DNA from: a bacterium
GTDB lineage: Bacteria; UBA8248
Length of the DNA stretch: 64,000 nt
Reading direction: 5' to 3'
Assembly: GCA_965213625.1 (NCBI GenBank)
Contig: CBDBZU010000004.1
Coordinates: forward strand, 1,536,001-1,600,000
Positions 17,289 to 27,407 of this stretch are shown piece by piece. The notes under the pieces were generated by a model, which did not search any database, had not been told where the DNA came from, and saw only the letters and a list, made by a program, of their open reading frames with translations. A program made the position numbers and the translations under genes. The stretch's first letter is position 1. Every line of letters begins with the position of its first letter.

Positions 17289-20240
17289 TTGAGCCAACTG
17301 GCATTGATGATTGATCTGGAGCGATGCTTCGGCTGCAAGAGCTGCGAGGCGGCATGCAAGCAGGAGCACAGGCTCGGCCCCGGCCAATACCGCAACAAGG
17401 TCGTCTGGCTGGGGAACGCTTCCACGGGAGCGCCCGATTTCCTCACGCTCACCTGTCAGCATTGCGAACGGCCCGCTTGCCTGCGGGCCTGCCCCGTTCA
17501 TCCCAAGGCGATTACGAAAGACCCCGATACAGGTGTGGTGGAAGTACATGAGTCGCTCTGCACGGGTTGCGGGGAATGCGTCATGGCGTGTCCCTACAGC
17601 GCGATGGGCTATGACGCCCAGGGGCATCATTCGGTGAAGTGCGACCTGTGCCCCGAGCGGCGGGAGAAGGAACTGGAGCCCGCCTGCGCCGAAATCTGCC
17701 CGGGCTACGCCATCTCGTTCGGGGAGAGGGAGACGCTTCTCGAAAAGGCGGAAGAAGAGGAGCGGAGCCTTAGGGATCACGACCATTTTCTCCTGAAGCC
17801 TCAAACGATTTATCTGGAGAAAATCGAGAGGGAAAACGGCCGCCTGAATGGAGCGGAAAATTTAAGTTTGCACGAAAAGCCCAAACGGCCTCGTTTCGTG
17901 GATTCACCCGCAGCGAACGGCGTTTTCGAAGAGAAAGGCCCTGCCTTCCCATATCTGCACGACAAAAAGACGCTCCAGGCGGACCGCGTCGTGCCCGGTG
18001 GTTGTAATTTCTGCTTCAACTGCTGCACCGCCAAGTTTCATTTTCAGGGCGATAAGCTCATCAACGTGACGGGGAACGATGAGGACCCCGTCCTGAACGG
18101 AAAGATATGCCCCAAGGCGCAGTTCACGCTCCAGATGCATCACAACGAGCACCGTCTGCAATATCCCCTCAAGCGCGTGGGCCGTCGGGGCGACAACGAG
18201 TTCGAGCGCATCACCTGGGATCAGGCGCTGGATGAGATAGCCGCGAAACTGGAAGTCTTGAGAGAACGCTGGGGCACGGAGGCGCTGGCGATGTTCGTGG
18301 GGACCCGCACGGGTTTGATCACGCAAAAAGGGTATGCGCGCCTGTTCAGCCAGATGTGGGGCACCCCCAACCTGCAGGGGACGGACCCTTTTTGCGCGGC
18401 GGGCAAGGTGGTCGCCTACGAGGTGACGCACGGGACCAACGGAAACGGGAACAGCTATACGCCCGAGGATATCGGCAGCGCCGGCATGTATCTCTACATC
18501 GGGGACAACCAGGCGGAGACGCGGCCGGTCTACTTCGGCAAGGTGAACGACTGGCGCATCAAGAACAAAACAAAGATGGTGGTGGTAGACCCGAGGTATA
18601 CCGCCACGGCGAGCAAGGCGGATAAATGGCTCGCCATCCGTCCGGGTACCGATATGGCTCTGGGCCTCGCCATGGCGCACCATATTCTCTCTGGAAATTT
18701 GCACGACCAGCGTTTCTGCGAGGAATGGGTGCTGGGCTGGGAGCGCTGGCGCGATTTCATAATCGCAAAAGGCTATTCCCCCGATTGGGCGGAAGCCGTC
18801 ACGGGCATACCGGCGGAGGAGATTCGCGCGCTTTCCGAGGACGTGGCTAGGGCGGACGGCTGCGTCATCTTCGGTAGCCGGGGTCTCAACCAGCACACCA
18901 ACTCGGTGCAGACCAACCGGGCCATGATGTTCGTCGCCGCGATAACGGGAAACTGGGGCCGTAAGGGCGGCGCTTATGTAAACATGACGGCGGGGCCGCC
19001 CATCGCCGCCAACGCGCCGGAGAACAGAAGGGCGGAAATCAGGAAGCCGATGGCCCGCAGGAGCCCGGCCGGTTGGCTGAGCGCCATGCGGGAGGGCAAG
19101 CCTTACGCCATCAAGGGACTCATCACGTGCAACAACCCGCTGGCGCAATGGCCTGGGCAGGAAGACGCGCGCGAGGCCTTCAAAGCGCTCGACCTCGTCG
19201 TTCATATCGAATTGTTCGCGAACGAAACCTCAGCCTATGCGGATTATGTGCTGCCTGCGGCGGGCGGGATCGAAAAAGGGGAACTTGGCCGCACGAATGA
19301 CGACAGAAGGGTCGTGTGGATAGACAAGATGATCGATCCGCCGGGAGAGGCGAAGCCCGATGGCTGGATATGGATAGAGCTTGGGCGTCGCCTGGGGTTC
19401 GGCGACGTCATGAAAGAGGAATACAAGGACCCGGGCAAGTTCTGGGACGAGATGTGCATCGACAACGATTTCCTGCGGGGCGTGACGCAGAAACGTCTTC
19501 ACTCGGTTCCCTATCGCTGGGTGCGTTTCCCCGTAGCGAGCGAGGATGCCCCGGAGCAGGAGACGTTGTATCTCGAAGGAACGACCGCCACCGGGCAGCC
19601 CGAGGGTAAGCGATTCCCCACGCCGAGCGGGCGGCTTGAGTTCTGGACGGAATCGTTGGAGGAAAAATTCTCTAAAGTAGGACTCTCGGCGTTGCCGGAG
19701 TTTTACAGCGAAAAAGAGAATCTCCTGGAGTTGCCCTATCTCGAATATGAACACGGGGATGACGATCTGGAAGTCATCTCTCCGTTCAGCAAGGCGCCGA
19801 CGGGTTCTCGCTCTGCCAGAATCGTTCAGCCGGACGAGAAAAACCTGGGCGATGTGCTTCGTCGCCAAGGCTTTGAGACGACGTTGATAACGGGCCGGCC
19901 GCCAGCGCCGCATTTCCATAGCTGGACGCACTATTTCTGGCAGGCGCAGGAGATGTGGCCCGACCTCTACTGCCAGATACATCCCGAAAAAGCGGGTGAA
20001 TTGGGAATCGAAGACGGAGAGAAGGTCCGGGTGGAGACGGCCCATGGCGCCATCGAGGCGATGGCCTGGGTGAATGCGGGGATAAGGGAGGATTCGGTGT
20101 TCGTTCCCATCGGCTGGGGGGAGCGTCAGCCCTACCATCCCTGGCGCTCGGTGAATTTCCTGACGGACATCACGCAGCGCGACCCATGCTCGGACCAGAC
20201 GAATCTCAAGAGCCTGCTGTGCCGTATCTCCAGGGCGTGA
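17289..20240 (+). CDS. Mo/W-bisPGD oxidoreductase with N-terminal four-cluster ferredoxin fusion
   Basis: 16 Cys in four DmsB/FdnH-type groups; CNFCFNC...C FS0 motif; RLQYPLKR, VVVDPR, RPGTDMAL, YADYVLPA and C-terminal IHPEKA...GEKVRV. Confidence 0.9.
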   Translation: MSQLALMIDLERCFGCKSCEAACKQEHRLGPGQYRNKVVWLGNASTGAPDFLTLTCQHCERPACLRACPVHPKAITKDPDTGVVEVHESLCTGCGECVMACPYSAMGYDAQGHHSVKCDLCPERREKELEPACAEICPGYAISFGERETLLEKAEEEERSLRDHDHFLLKPQTIYLEKIERENGRLNGAENLSLHEKPKRPRFVDSPAANGVFEEKGPAFPYLHDKKTLQADRVVPGGCNFCFNCCTAKFHFQGDKLINVTGNDEDPVLNGKICPKAQFTLQMHHNEHRLQYPLKRVGRRGDNEFERITWDQALDEIAAKLEVLRERWGTEALAMFVGTRTGLITQKGYARLFSQMWGTPNLQGTDPFCAAGKVVAYEVTHGTNGNGNSYTPEDIGSAGMYLYIGDNQAETRPVYFGKVNDWRIKNKTKMVVVDPRYTATASKADKWLAIRPGTDMALGLAMAHHILSGNLHDQRFCEEWVLGWERWRDFIIAKGYSPDWAEAVTGIPAEEIRALSEDVARADGCVIFGSRGLNQHTNSVQTNRAMMFVAAITGNWGRKGGAYVNMTAGPPIAANAPENRRAEIRKPMARRSPAGWLSAMREGKPYAIKGLITCNNPLAQWPGQEDAREAFKALDLVVHIELFANETSAYADYVLPAAGGIEKGELGRTNDDRRVVWIDKMIDPPGEAKPDGWIWIELGRRLGFGDVMKEEYKDPGKFWDEMCIDNDFLRGVTQKRLHSVPYRWVRFPVASEDAPEQETLYLEGTTATGQPEGKRFPTPSGRLEFWTESLEEKFSKVGLSALPEFYSEKENLLELPYLEYEHGDDDLEVISPFSKAPTGSRSARIVQPDEKNLGDVLRRQGFETTLITGRPPAPHFHSWTHYFWQAQEMWPDLYCQIHPEKAGELGIEDGEKVRVETAHGAIEAMAWVNAGIREDSVFVPIGWGERQPYHPWRSVNFLTDITQRDPCSDQTNLKSLLCRISRA

Positions 20241-20346
20241 AGGATCGATAATATTGGGAGTTATACCAGGTACGTGAACAACACCTGTCGGAGGAGAGGA
20301 CGTTTCACGAAGCACCCTACGGGTCGATTCGATACGCTCTGTTTTT

Positions 20347-20370
20347 GTAGGGACAGGTCGTGACCTGTCC
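20347..20370. repeat. GTAG-tagged REP-like palindrome
   Basis: GTAGGGACAGGTCGTGACCTGTCC; one mismatch to the copies at 42460 and 47046. Confidence 0.8.
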
Positions 20371-20375
20371 GACAC

Positions 20376-20837
20376 TCACTCAATCGGGTCGGGCTGAACG
20401 GGCACGCAGATTTCGGTTCGGGCGTCGACCTCCGCCGCTTCGCGGGGGTCGGTGATGTAGCGGTACATCACCGGGCCTTCTCTTCTCTTGAATCCGCTGT
20501 GCGGCATCCATTTATCGAGCATCTCTTCCAAAGTAAGCCTAAGCGTGTCGTATCCCCCGGTGTGTGTTCCCACCGCATGCCATCCGCCCATAAAATTCGT
20601 CTCAAGGAGTTCCTCAGGTTTTGGCAGGTCGGTGAGTGCCCCCCGGCAGGCTTCGTATCCCCCCTCTCCATAGTCGAGTCCGTAAGCGGGGCCGATTGCG
20701 GGAAGATTCCTGCAGATCCTGAGCAGGCGGGCCTGGGTGAGGCCGATAATCTCAGGGCTGGCGGGCGCATCGGTGCGAAGCGCCCAACCCTGAATGGGGT
20801 CCAGTTCCAGAATTTTAACGGGCTGTGAAGCGCTCAT
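20376..20837 (-). CDS. GyrI-like small-molecule binding protein
   Basis: GGWHAVGTHTGGYDTL...YRYITDP...TEICVPV pattern. Confidence 0.75.
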   Translation of the reverse strand: MSASQPVKILELDPIQGWALRTDAPASPEIIGLTQARLLRICRNLPAIGPAYGLDYGEGGYEACRGALTDLPKPEELLETNFMGGWHAVGTHTGGYDTLRLTLEEMLDKWMPHSGFKRREGPVMYRYITDPREAAEVDARTEICVPVQPDPIE

Positions 20838-20844
20838 GGAAGGG

Positions 20845-21228
20845 TCAGCTTGCGTTTCTCGATTTGAGCGCGTTTTGCAGTACGCGCCGGGCGAGGGTGG
20901 CGCAGTGGCGTTTGTGGGAGGGGAGGCCGCCCACGCTCTCGGCGATTTCCTCTGCGGTCATTCGCCCGAGTTCCTCCGCTGTTTTTCCGCGTACAAGGTC
21001 CGTCAGGGAACTCATGGCGGCCGTAATCGCCCCGCAACCAAGGATTCTGATCTTGGCGTCCGAGACCGCCTCGCCCTCGAATTTGAGAAAAAGCGTCACT
21101 TCATCGCCGCAGGCGGGGTTCGTTCCGCTCCCCTCGGCGTCCGCGTCTTCGATGACGCCGATGTTGCGCGGGTCCGCAATGTGGGAGAGCACCGTCTCGT
21201 TATAGTGGTAGTCGTCTCTCGGAGCCAA
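20845..21228 (-). CDS. iscU: Fe-S cluster scaffold IscU/NifU-like
   Basis: PRNIG, NPACGD, GCG and KRHC (three conserved Cys). Confidence 0.88.
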   Translation of the reverse strand: MAPRDDYHYNETVLSHIADPRNIGVIEDADAEGSGTNPACGDEVTLFLKFEGEAVSDAKIRILGCGAITAAMSSLTDLVRGKTAEELGRMTAEEIAESVGGLPSHKRHCATLARRVLQNALKSRNAS

Positions 21229-21237
21229 ATGTTCTTC

Positions 21238-22407
21238 TCATGTTTTCGTTGATTTGAGGCGAGGCGCCATTTCGCGCACTTTACTGACGGCTTCGGGCAA
21301 CACTTCGAGGAGCCTGTCGATATCCGCATCCGTGTTCCCGTAGCCGAGGCTGAATCTGAGCGAACCTTGTACGGTTTCTTTCGGTAAATCCATCGCCAGC
21401 AGAACGTGGCTGGGCTCGGGAGAACCCGAGCTGCAGGCCGCGCCGGTGCTCACGGCGATGCCCTCCAGATCGAGGCGGATCAAGAGCGTTTCCCCTTCCG
21501 CGCCGATGAAGCCCAGGTTCGATGTCCCCGGAAGCCTGTGGTCCGAATCACCGTTGACCAGCACGTCAGGAACGTGTTCGCAAATTTCGTTTTCGAGCCG
21601 ATCCCGAAGGGCGGCGATGTTCTTTGCGAACTCTGGGCCTTCCTCCTTCGCAATGCGGCAGGCTTCTCCCAACGCCACGATGCCGGCCACGTTTTCCGTA
21701 CCCGAGCGCAGGTTTTGCTCCTGCCCGCCGCCGGTGATGAAGGGGTCGAGCTTGGTTCCTTTTTTGACGTACAAAAAACCCGTTCCTTTGGAAGCGTTAA
21801 TTTTGTGTCCGGTGGCGGAAAGCAAAGAAACGCCGGCGCGCTCCACGTCAATGGGTTCCTTCCCCAGCGCCTGTACGGCATCCGTGTGAAATACGATTCC
21901 GTGCTCCCGGCAAATAGCGCCGATTTCATGAATCGGCTGTATGGTGCCCACCTCGTTGTTGCCCCATATGACGGACACGATGCGCGTGTCCGGCAGAATC
22001 GCCGCCGCCACGTCTTCCGCTGAAACGCGTCCTTTCCGGTTCGGCTTCACATAAGTGACCTCTGCCCCTTCCGCTTCCAGGGTTTGGCATGTCGCGAGTA
22101 CCGCCTCGTGCTCGATCTGTGTGGTGATGACATGGCTCCTCCCCTGGGCGGCGGAGATGACGCCGCGAAGCGCCCAGTTGTCGCTTTCCGTTCCGCCGGA
22201 GGTGAAGAAAATTTCATCGCTTTCCGCAGCGCCGATGAGGGCCGCCGCATGATCGCGGGCGTTTTCAATCGCGATTCTGGTTTCACGTCCATAGCGGTGA
22301 ATGCTGTTCGGATTTCCGAATTTCTCACTGAGATACGGCTGCATCGCGGCCAGAACCTCAGGACGCATCGGGGTCGTTGCGTTGTGGTCCATGTATATGG
22401 TTTTCAT
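21238..22407 (-). CDS. iscS: Cysteine desulfurase IscS/NifS
   Basis: YMDHNATTP, HTDAVQ, TGHK and STGAACSS motifs. Confidence 0.93.
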   Translation of the reverse strand: MKTIYMDHNATTPMRPEVLAAMQPYLSEKFGNPNSIHRYGRETRIAIENARDHAAALIGAAESDEIFFTSGGTESDNWALRGVISAAQGRSHVITTQIEHEAVLATCQTLEAEGAEVTYVKPNRKGRVSAEDVAAAILPDTRIVSVIWGNNEVGTIQPIHEIGAICREHGIVFHTDAVQALGKEPIDVERAGVSLLSATGHKINASKGTGFLYVKKGTKLDPFITGGGQEQNLRSGTENVAGIVALGEACRIAKEEGPEFAKNIAALRDRLENEICEHVPDVLVNGDSDHRLPGTSNLGFIGAEGETLLIRLDLEGIAVSTGAACSSGSPEPSHVLLAMDLPKETVQGSLRFSLGYGNTDADIDRLLEVLPEAVSKVREMAPRLKSTKT

Positions 22408-22415
22408 GAGGTCTC

Positions 22416-23111
22416 TTATTTTTCCCGTGTCGGCTCTCGCACCTGGGCAAGCTCTTTCTCGAGGGCCGCAATGCGCTGGTTCAATGCTTGAATGGCCCCT
22501 TCCACCGGGTCGGGCAACTCGTGGTGCTCGAAAGAAACGGGGAGCAGAACGTCCGTTTTGCCTTCTCCCTCCCGGTAGACGATGCGCGCGGGCACGCCGA
22601 CGACCGTGCAGCCGGGCGGAACGTCCGAGATGACGACCGAACTCGCGCCGATGCGGCTGCCGGCGCCGATGACGTGCGGACCCAGCACCTGGGCTCCGAC
22701 ACCCACAACCACGTTGTCCTCCAGAGAGGGGTGTCTTTTTTCTTTCTTGAGGCTAACGCCGCCGAGCGTCACCCCCTGGTAGATGGTGCAGTTTTTCCCG
22801 ATTTCCGTCGTTTCCCCGATGACGACGCCCATACCATGGTCGATAAAAAGCCCCTCGCCGATCTTTGCGCCCGGATGAATTTCGATACCCGTTATGAACC
22901 GGTTCCAGTGGCTCAGCCAGCGTGCGACGAGCAGAAATTTCCTTTTCCAGAAGTAGTGGGCCATGCGGTGCAGGCAGACGGCGTGAAACCCCGGATAGCA
23001 GAGAATCACCTCCGTTTTTGTTCTGCAGGCGGGGTCGCGCTCCATGACGGCGGCGATGTCCTTTCGAATCGATTCGAATCCGCGCCTGAAACTTCCGAGG
23101 AGTCCGCCCAT
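22416..23111 (-). CDS. cysE: Serine O-acetyltransferase
   Basis: [26 protein letters not shown] and KRHP motifs. Confidence 0.95.
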   Translation of the reverse strand: MGGLLGSFRRGFESIRKDIAAVMERDPACRTKTEVILCYPGFHAVCLHRMAHYFWKRKFLLVARWLSHWNRFITGIEIHPGAKIGEGLFIDHGMGVVIGETTEIGKNCTIYQGVTLGGVSLKKEKRHPSLEDNVVVGVGAQVLGPHVIGAGSRIGASSVVISDVPPGCTVVGVPARIVYREGEGKTDVLLPVSFEHHELPDPVEGAIQALNQRIAALEKELAQVREPTREK

Positions 23112-23224
23112 GGCTTGTAATCCTTAAGTCAAAGAAAAATCGGGGAAACAGGCGTGTCCCCCCGCGTTACTCGTCCATGATAGCACAGTGTGTTTCGGTA
23201 CGCCTTTCGCCTTGGGGGAACATG

Positions 23225-23641
23225 CTAATACTTCTTTGAAAAATAATCACTTAGTATGTCCTCGTGATCAAATGCAATTTCAGGCGGCAGGGAATTTTCG
23301 CTGAAAACGCCTGCGCGCCTGGCGTCGTCTCGCGCTTCGAGGACACCGTTGAGGGGCCTTGCGATGAACACGACCGTGACGTTGTGCTGCCTCTCATCGC
23401 GCCTGGGGTCGCTGTAAGCATGAAACTGGCGTATCAGTTCCACGTCGAGCGAGGTTTCCTCCCTGGCTTCCCGGATTGCCGCCGTTTCGAGCGTTTCTCC
23501 GTAGTCGACGAATCCACCCGGCAGCGCCCAGCCGTGAGGTGGATTTTTCCGCTCGATCATCACAATGCCATCATCGCCCGTCTCGTTCTTTAATTCGATG
23601 ATAACGTCCACCGTAAGGTAAGGGTTTCTCGGGGTATTCAC
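23225..23641 (-). CDS. NUDIX hydrolase
   Basis: [25 protein letters not shown] Nudix box; start uncertain (GTG 23641 or ATG 23698). Confidence 0.9.
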   Translation of the reverse strand: MNTPRNPYLTVDVIIELKNETGDDGIVMIERKNPPHGWALPGGFVDYGETLETAAIREAREETSLDVELIRQFHAYSDPRRDERQHNVTVVFIARPLNGVLEARDDARRAGVFSENSLPPEIAFDHEDILSDYFSKKY

Positions 23642-23832
23642 CTGCGTTCTCACTTTTTTTGTTGAAATACAGTCCATGACGATTCGCAATTTTCGCACAT
23701 CAAGCCGTGCTCTTGCGACTATGATTCATAGGCCCATATAATGCGGCGGTTTCAAGGGAAATTTCGCTGTTGCCGACTTAATTCAAATCGAAGCATCGTC
23801 AATTTCAGCTTCCAATATGCAGAGGTGATGAA

Positions 23833-24804
23833 ATGGTGAAATTCAATATGGCGCCTACCGCCAGGCGTATCGTAGAGCAGGTTCTTGACGTGAAATCGGG
23901 CGAGCTGGTGCTTCTCGTAACGGATTCGGATCGCCCCGCATCGGTTACAGAGGCGCTTGCGCATGCCTTGAGCGCCACGGGCGCCAGGCTGTCCGTCATG
24001 CACATGCCCCCGCATATGAATGGGGGTATCGACCCGCTGCCTCACGTGGGAGCGGCGATGGCGGCTTCAGACGTGGTGATACTCCAGACCAGCTTCGCCA
24101 CCATCCATACCGAGACGGCGAGGAACGCGCTCAAGGAGGGCGCTCGCGTGCTGGATATGTGGGGGTGGCGCGAGGATATGATGGTCGCAGGCGGTGCTTT
24201 GGCCGATTACGACGAGGTCGCCCGGGTCACCCGGTTGATTTCCGACATATACACTGAGGCCAAAACGGGCCGGTTCACGACGCCCGATGGATGCGACATG
24301 GAGTTTTCGCTGGAGGGAAGGACTTGTTTCCCGCTCATCGGCGTGGCGAGAAAATCCGGAGAATTCGCGGCGTGCCCGGATGGAGAAGCGGCTATGAGTC
24401 CCCTGGAGGGCACGTCCAACGGCGTGATGGTGAATCCCTTCTCCATCGAGCGAAAAGATTTGGGCTTCGTTACCGAGCCGATGAGCATCGAGATCAAGGA
24501 CGGCAAGGTGGCCTCCATCACGGGAAGCGCCGCTGCGGACAGGTTCTGGAAATTGCTGGATGAAAACGGGGATTTGGCGAAGAACGTGGCGGAATTCGCC
24601 ATTGGCACGAATCCGGCATGTCGTCCCCGGGAAACGATGCGGGAGGCGAAAAAGACGTGGGGCACTTGCCACATGGCGGTGGGTGACAGCGGTAGCATCG
24701 GGGGCGTGGTCGAAGCCCCGCTTCACATCGACATGATTTTCGACAACCCCACCGTATGGGCGGATGAGCAGATGATCATCCAGGACGGAAAGATTCTGGT
24801 ATAG
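23833..24804 (+). CDS. Aminopeptidase T (M29)-like / NicX-like metalloprotein
   Basis: PDGEA, EFAIGTNP, GTCHMAVG and PLHID motifs. Confidence 0.7.
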   Translation: MVKFNMAPTARRIVEQVLDVKSGELVLLVTDSDRPASVTEALAHALSATGARLSVMHMPPHMNGGIDPLPHVGAAMAASDVVILQTSFATIHTETARNALKEGARVLDMWGWREDMMVAGGALADYDEVARVTRLISDIYTEAKTGRFTTPDGCDMEFSLEGRTCFPLIGVARKSGEFAACPDGEAAMSPLEGTSNGVMVNPFSIERKDLGFVTEPMSIEIKDGKVASITGSAAADRFWKLLDENGDLAKNVAEFAIGTNPACRPRETMREAKKTWGTCHMAVGDSGSIGGVVEAPLHIDMIFDNPTVWADEQMIIQDGKILV

Positions 24805-24854
24805 TCGCCAAATTGAAAAATCCGCCTCAGCACGCCCGATGATGAAGGATGAAG

Positions 24855-25721
24855 ATGGCACAAGCCCTGCTTCTTAAAGGTAAACCTGTAGCGGATAAGG
24901 TGATGGAGGAGCTTAAGACCTCTATCGATGCACTACTTCCCAAGGTTGGCAGGCCTCCGGGGCTTGCCGTCGTTCTCGTGGGTGAGGATCCGGCCTCTCA
25001 GGTGTATGTCCGCATCAAAGGTCGCTCCGCCAAGCGACTCGGCATCCAGACTTTCGATCACCGTTTGGACGAGGATACCAGCCAGGATGATATCGTCTCC
25101 CTCATCGAAGCGTTGAACCACGACGATAAAGTGGACGGGATGCTGGTGCAGTTGCCGCTTCCCGGACATCTGAACGAAGAAGAAGTGTTGCGGAAGGTGT
25201 CCCCCCAAAAAGACGCCGATGTATTTCATCCGGAAAATTTTGGAAAACTGGCGCTGAAACAAGGTACGCTCAAGCCGTGTACGCCTGCCGGCGTGCTCGA
25301 GATTCTGAAGTTCTACGATATCCCCCTGGAGGGCAAGAAAACCGTCATCATCGGGCGCAGTAAGATTGTGGGTCTCCCCTTGGCCATATTGATGATGCAT
25401 GAGAACGCGACGATTACGGTGTGCCACTCCCGAACGCGCGACATTCCCGCCATCACCAGAGAGGCCGATGTCGTGGTGGCCGCCATGGGGCGTCCGAAAT
25501 TCCTGACCGCCGATATGGTTCGGGAAGGGGCGGTTGTGGTCGACGTCGGCATCAATCGGGTGGATGGGGAATTGGTCGGCGATTGTGATTTCGAACCTTT
25601 GCTCGAAAAAGTTTCTGCCATCACGCCGGTGCCGGGCGGGGTGGGGCCCATGACGGTCGCCATGCTGATGGCGAATACGGTTCGCGCTTACTCTCTCCAG
25701 TCACAGGAATCGAGAGGATAG
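24855..25721 (+). CDS. folD: Methylenetetrahydrofolate dehydrogenase/cyclohydrolase
   Basis: VGEDPASQVY, VQLPLP, PCTPAG, DVGIN and TPVPGGVGPMT motifs. Confidence 0.96.
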   Translation: MAQALLLKGKPVADKVMEELKTSIDALLPKVGRPPGLAVVLVGEDPASQVYVRIKGRSAKRLGIQTFDHRLDEDTSQDDIVSLIEALNHDDKVDGMLVQLPLPGHLNEEEVLRKVSPQKDADVFHPENFGKLALKQGTLKPCTPAGVLEILKFYDIPLEGKKTVIIGRSKIVGLPLAILMMHENATITVCHSRTRDIPAITREADVVVAAMGRPKFLTADMVREGAVVVDVGINRVDGELVGDCDFEPLLEKVSAITPVPGGVGPMTVAMLMANTVRAYSLQSQESRG

Positions 25722-25740
25722 AGCTGATAAAGGTTCTCGA

Positions 25741-27141
25741 ATGAATGTAGACCTTCTGGGTGACGATACGCCTCGCGCAACGCCTGCGGTGCTCACCGTC
25801 TCACAACTCAACGCTCGCGTGAAAGAATTGCTGGAAGGTGAATTCGGCGAAGTATTGGTCGAGGGAGAAATTTCCTCCTGGCGCACCTATCCATCGGGGC
25901 ATTCCTATTTTGACCTGAAAGACGCCGCATCCAAGGTGGGCGCCGTGATGTTTTCGGGCCGCAGGCGGTTTTTGCGCTTCGAGCCGGAAGTGGGCATGCG
26001 CGTGATGATCCGCTGCCGGGTGACGCTTTATGAGAAAGACGGGCGCTTCCAGGTTTCTGCGCTTTCCATGGAGCCCTTGGGAGAAGGTGCGCTGGAGGTC
26101 GCTTTTCGCCAGTTCCATGAACGCCTGGAAAAAGAAGGATTGTTCGATCCTGCGCGAAAAAAGGAGATCCCAGATCGCCCCCGACGCGTGGCGTTGGTGA
26201 CGAGCCGCGAAGGCGCCGCTTTGCAGGATTTGCTGCGGGTCTTCAGGGAGCGCGCCCCGATTGTCGAACTCGTCATCATCCACACACAGGTACAGGGAGA
26301 GGGGGCGCCATCTTCTATCGCGGCGGCGATCAAAAAGGCGGACGAGGGCCTTGCAAACATGAAACGCCCCGTGGATCTCATCATCACGGGCCGTGGCGGA
26401 GGAAGCCGGGAGGATTTATGGGCGTTCAACGAAGAAGAAGTAGTGCGGGCAATCGCCGGATGCGCGACGCCCCTCATATCGGCGGTGGGACATGAGGTCG
26501 ATATCTCGCTCAGTGATCTGGCCGCCGACGAATCGGCGCATACGCCTACGGCGGCGGCCGAGCGTGTGGCCAGGGGCTGGCTGGGTGTCGCCCGGGACAT
26601 CACCAACCTGGTCCATGATGCGCGCCGGGCAGTAGCGACTCACATTGCCTCTCTCGATGAGAGGTTGTCTCGTTTACTCCGGGAAGCCGCATTCAGAAGG
26701 CCGGAGGCTCCGCTCGAATCGTTGGCGCAGCGCCTGGATGCGCTCTACGAGCGCATGAGCAGAGAAGCCGGGCATCAACAGGAAATGAGACGGGCCCGTT
26801 TGACCGGAATGGTTCCGAGGCTGCGGGTACTCTCACCCAAAGAAAAAATTGTTGTGTCCATATCGAGACTTGAAGATAATTTGAAGCGCCTGCGCGCAGC
26901 GCATGGATTGTTTTTGAAGAACAGGGCGGATGTCCTCAAGAGCGCCGCCGGGCGTCTCGAGTTGGTATCGCCGCTGGCCGTTTTGGCGCGAGGGTATAGC
27001 CTGGTGTACAAGGAGCCGGATGGGTCCTTGGTGAAAAATGCCGAAGATGTGAGGGAAAAAGAATCCGTGCGGATTCGTTTACGGCAAGGCGGTTTGATGT
27101 GCCGTGTAGAAGAAGTCTTTCCCGAGGGAGAGGGCCCATGA
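25741..27141 (+). CDS. xseA: Exodeoxyribonuclease VII large subunit
   Basis: VEGEIS, SGHSYF, RGGGSREDLWAFN, SAVGHE and LARGYS motifs. Confidence 0.95.
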   Translation: MNVDLLGDDTPRATPAVLTVSQLNARVKELLEGEFGEVLVEGEISSWRTYPSGHSYFDLKDAASKVGAVMFSGRRRFLRFEPEVGMRVMIRCRVTLYEKDGRFQVSALSMEPLGEGALEVAFRQFHERLEKEGLFDPARKKEIPDRPRRVALVTSREGAALQDLLRVFRERAPIVELVIIHTQVQGEGAPSSIAAAIKKADEGLANMKRPVDLIITGRGGGSREDLWAFNEEEVVRAIAGCATPLISAVGHEVDISLSDLAADESAHTPTAAAERVARGWLGVARDITNLVHDARRAVATHIASLDERLSRLLREAAFRRPEAPLESLAQRLDALYERMSREAGHQQEMRRARLTGMVPRLRVLSPKEKIVVSISRLEDNLKRLRAAHGLFLKNRADVLKSAAGRLELVSPLAVLARGYSLVYKEPDGSLVKNAEDVREKESVRIRLRQGGLMCRVEEVFPEGEGP

Positions 27142-27407
27142 ATGTGACGAATGAATCCGCGAATCCTGATGCGGAACCAAAAAGTTTCGAAGAAGCGCTG
27201 AAGCGCCTGGAAGCAATCGTGGAAGAACTCGAAGAGGGTGAGCCTTCCCTGGAAAAGGCCGTTTTGCTGTATGAAGAGGGTGTGAAGCTCTTCCGCTATA
27301 GCCGGGAGCAGTTGAACGCGGCTCAAAAGAAGGTGGAAGAACTCGTGGGGGAATCGGAGGAAACATTTTCGTTGCAACCATTCGATAATGGTGAAGATGA
27401 TGAATGA
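27138..27407 (+). CDS. xseB: Exodeoxyribonuclease VII small subunit
   Basis: SFEEALKRLEAIVEELE...LYEEG motif; ATGA overlap with xseA. Confidence 0.93.
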   Translation: MNVTNESANPDAEPKSFEEALKRLEAIVEELEEGEPSLEKAVLLYEEGVKLFRYSREQLNAAQKKVEELVGESEETFSLQPFDNGEDDE

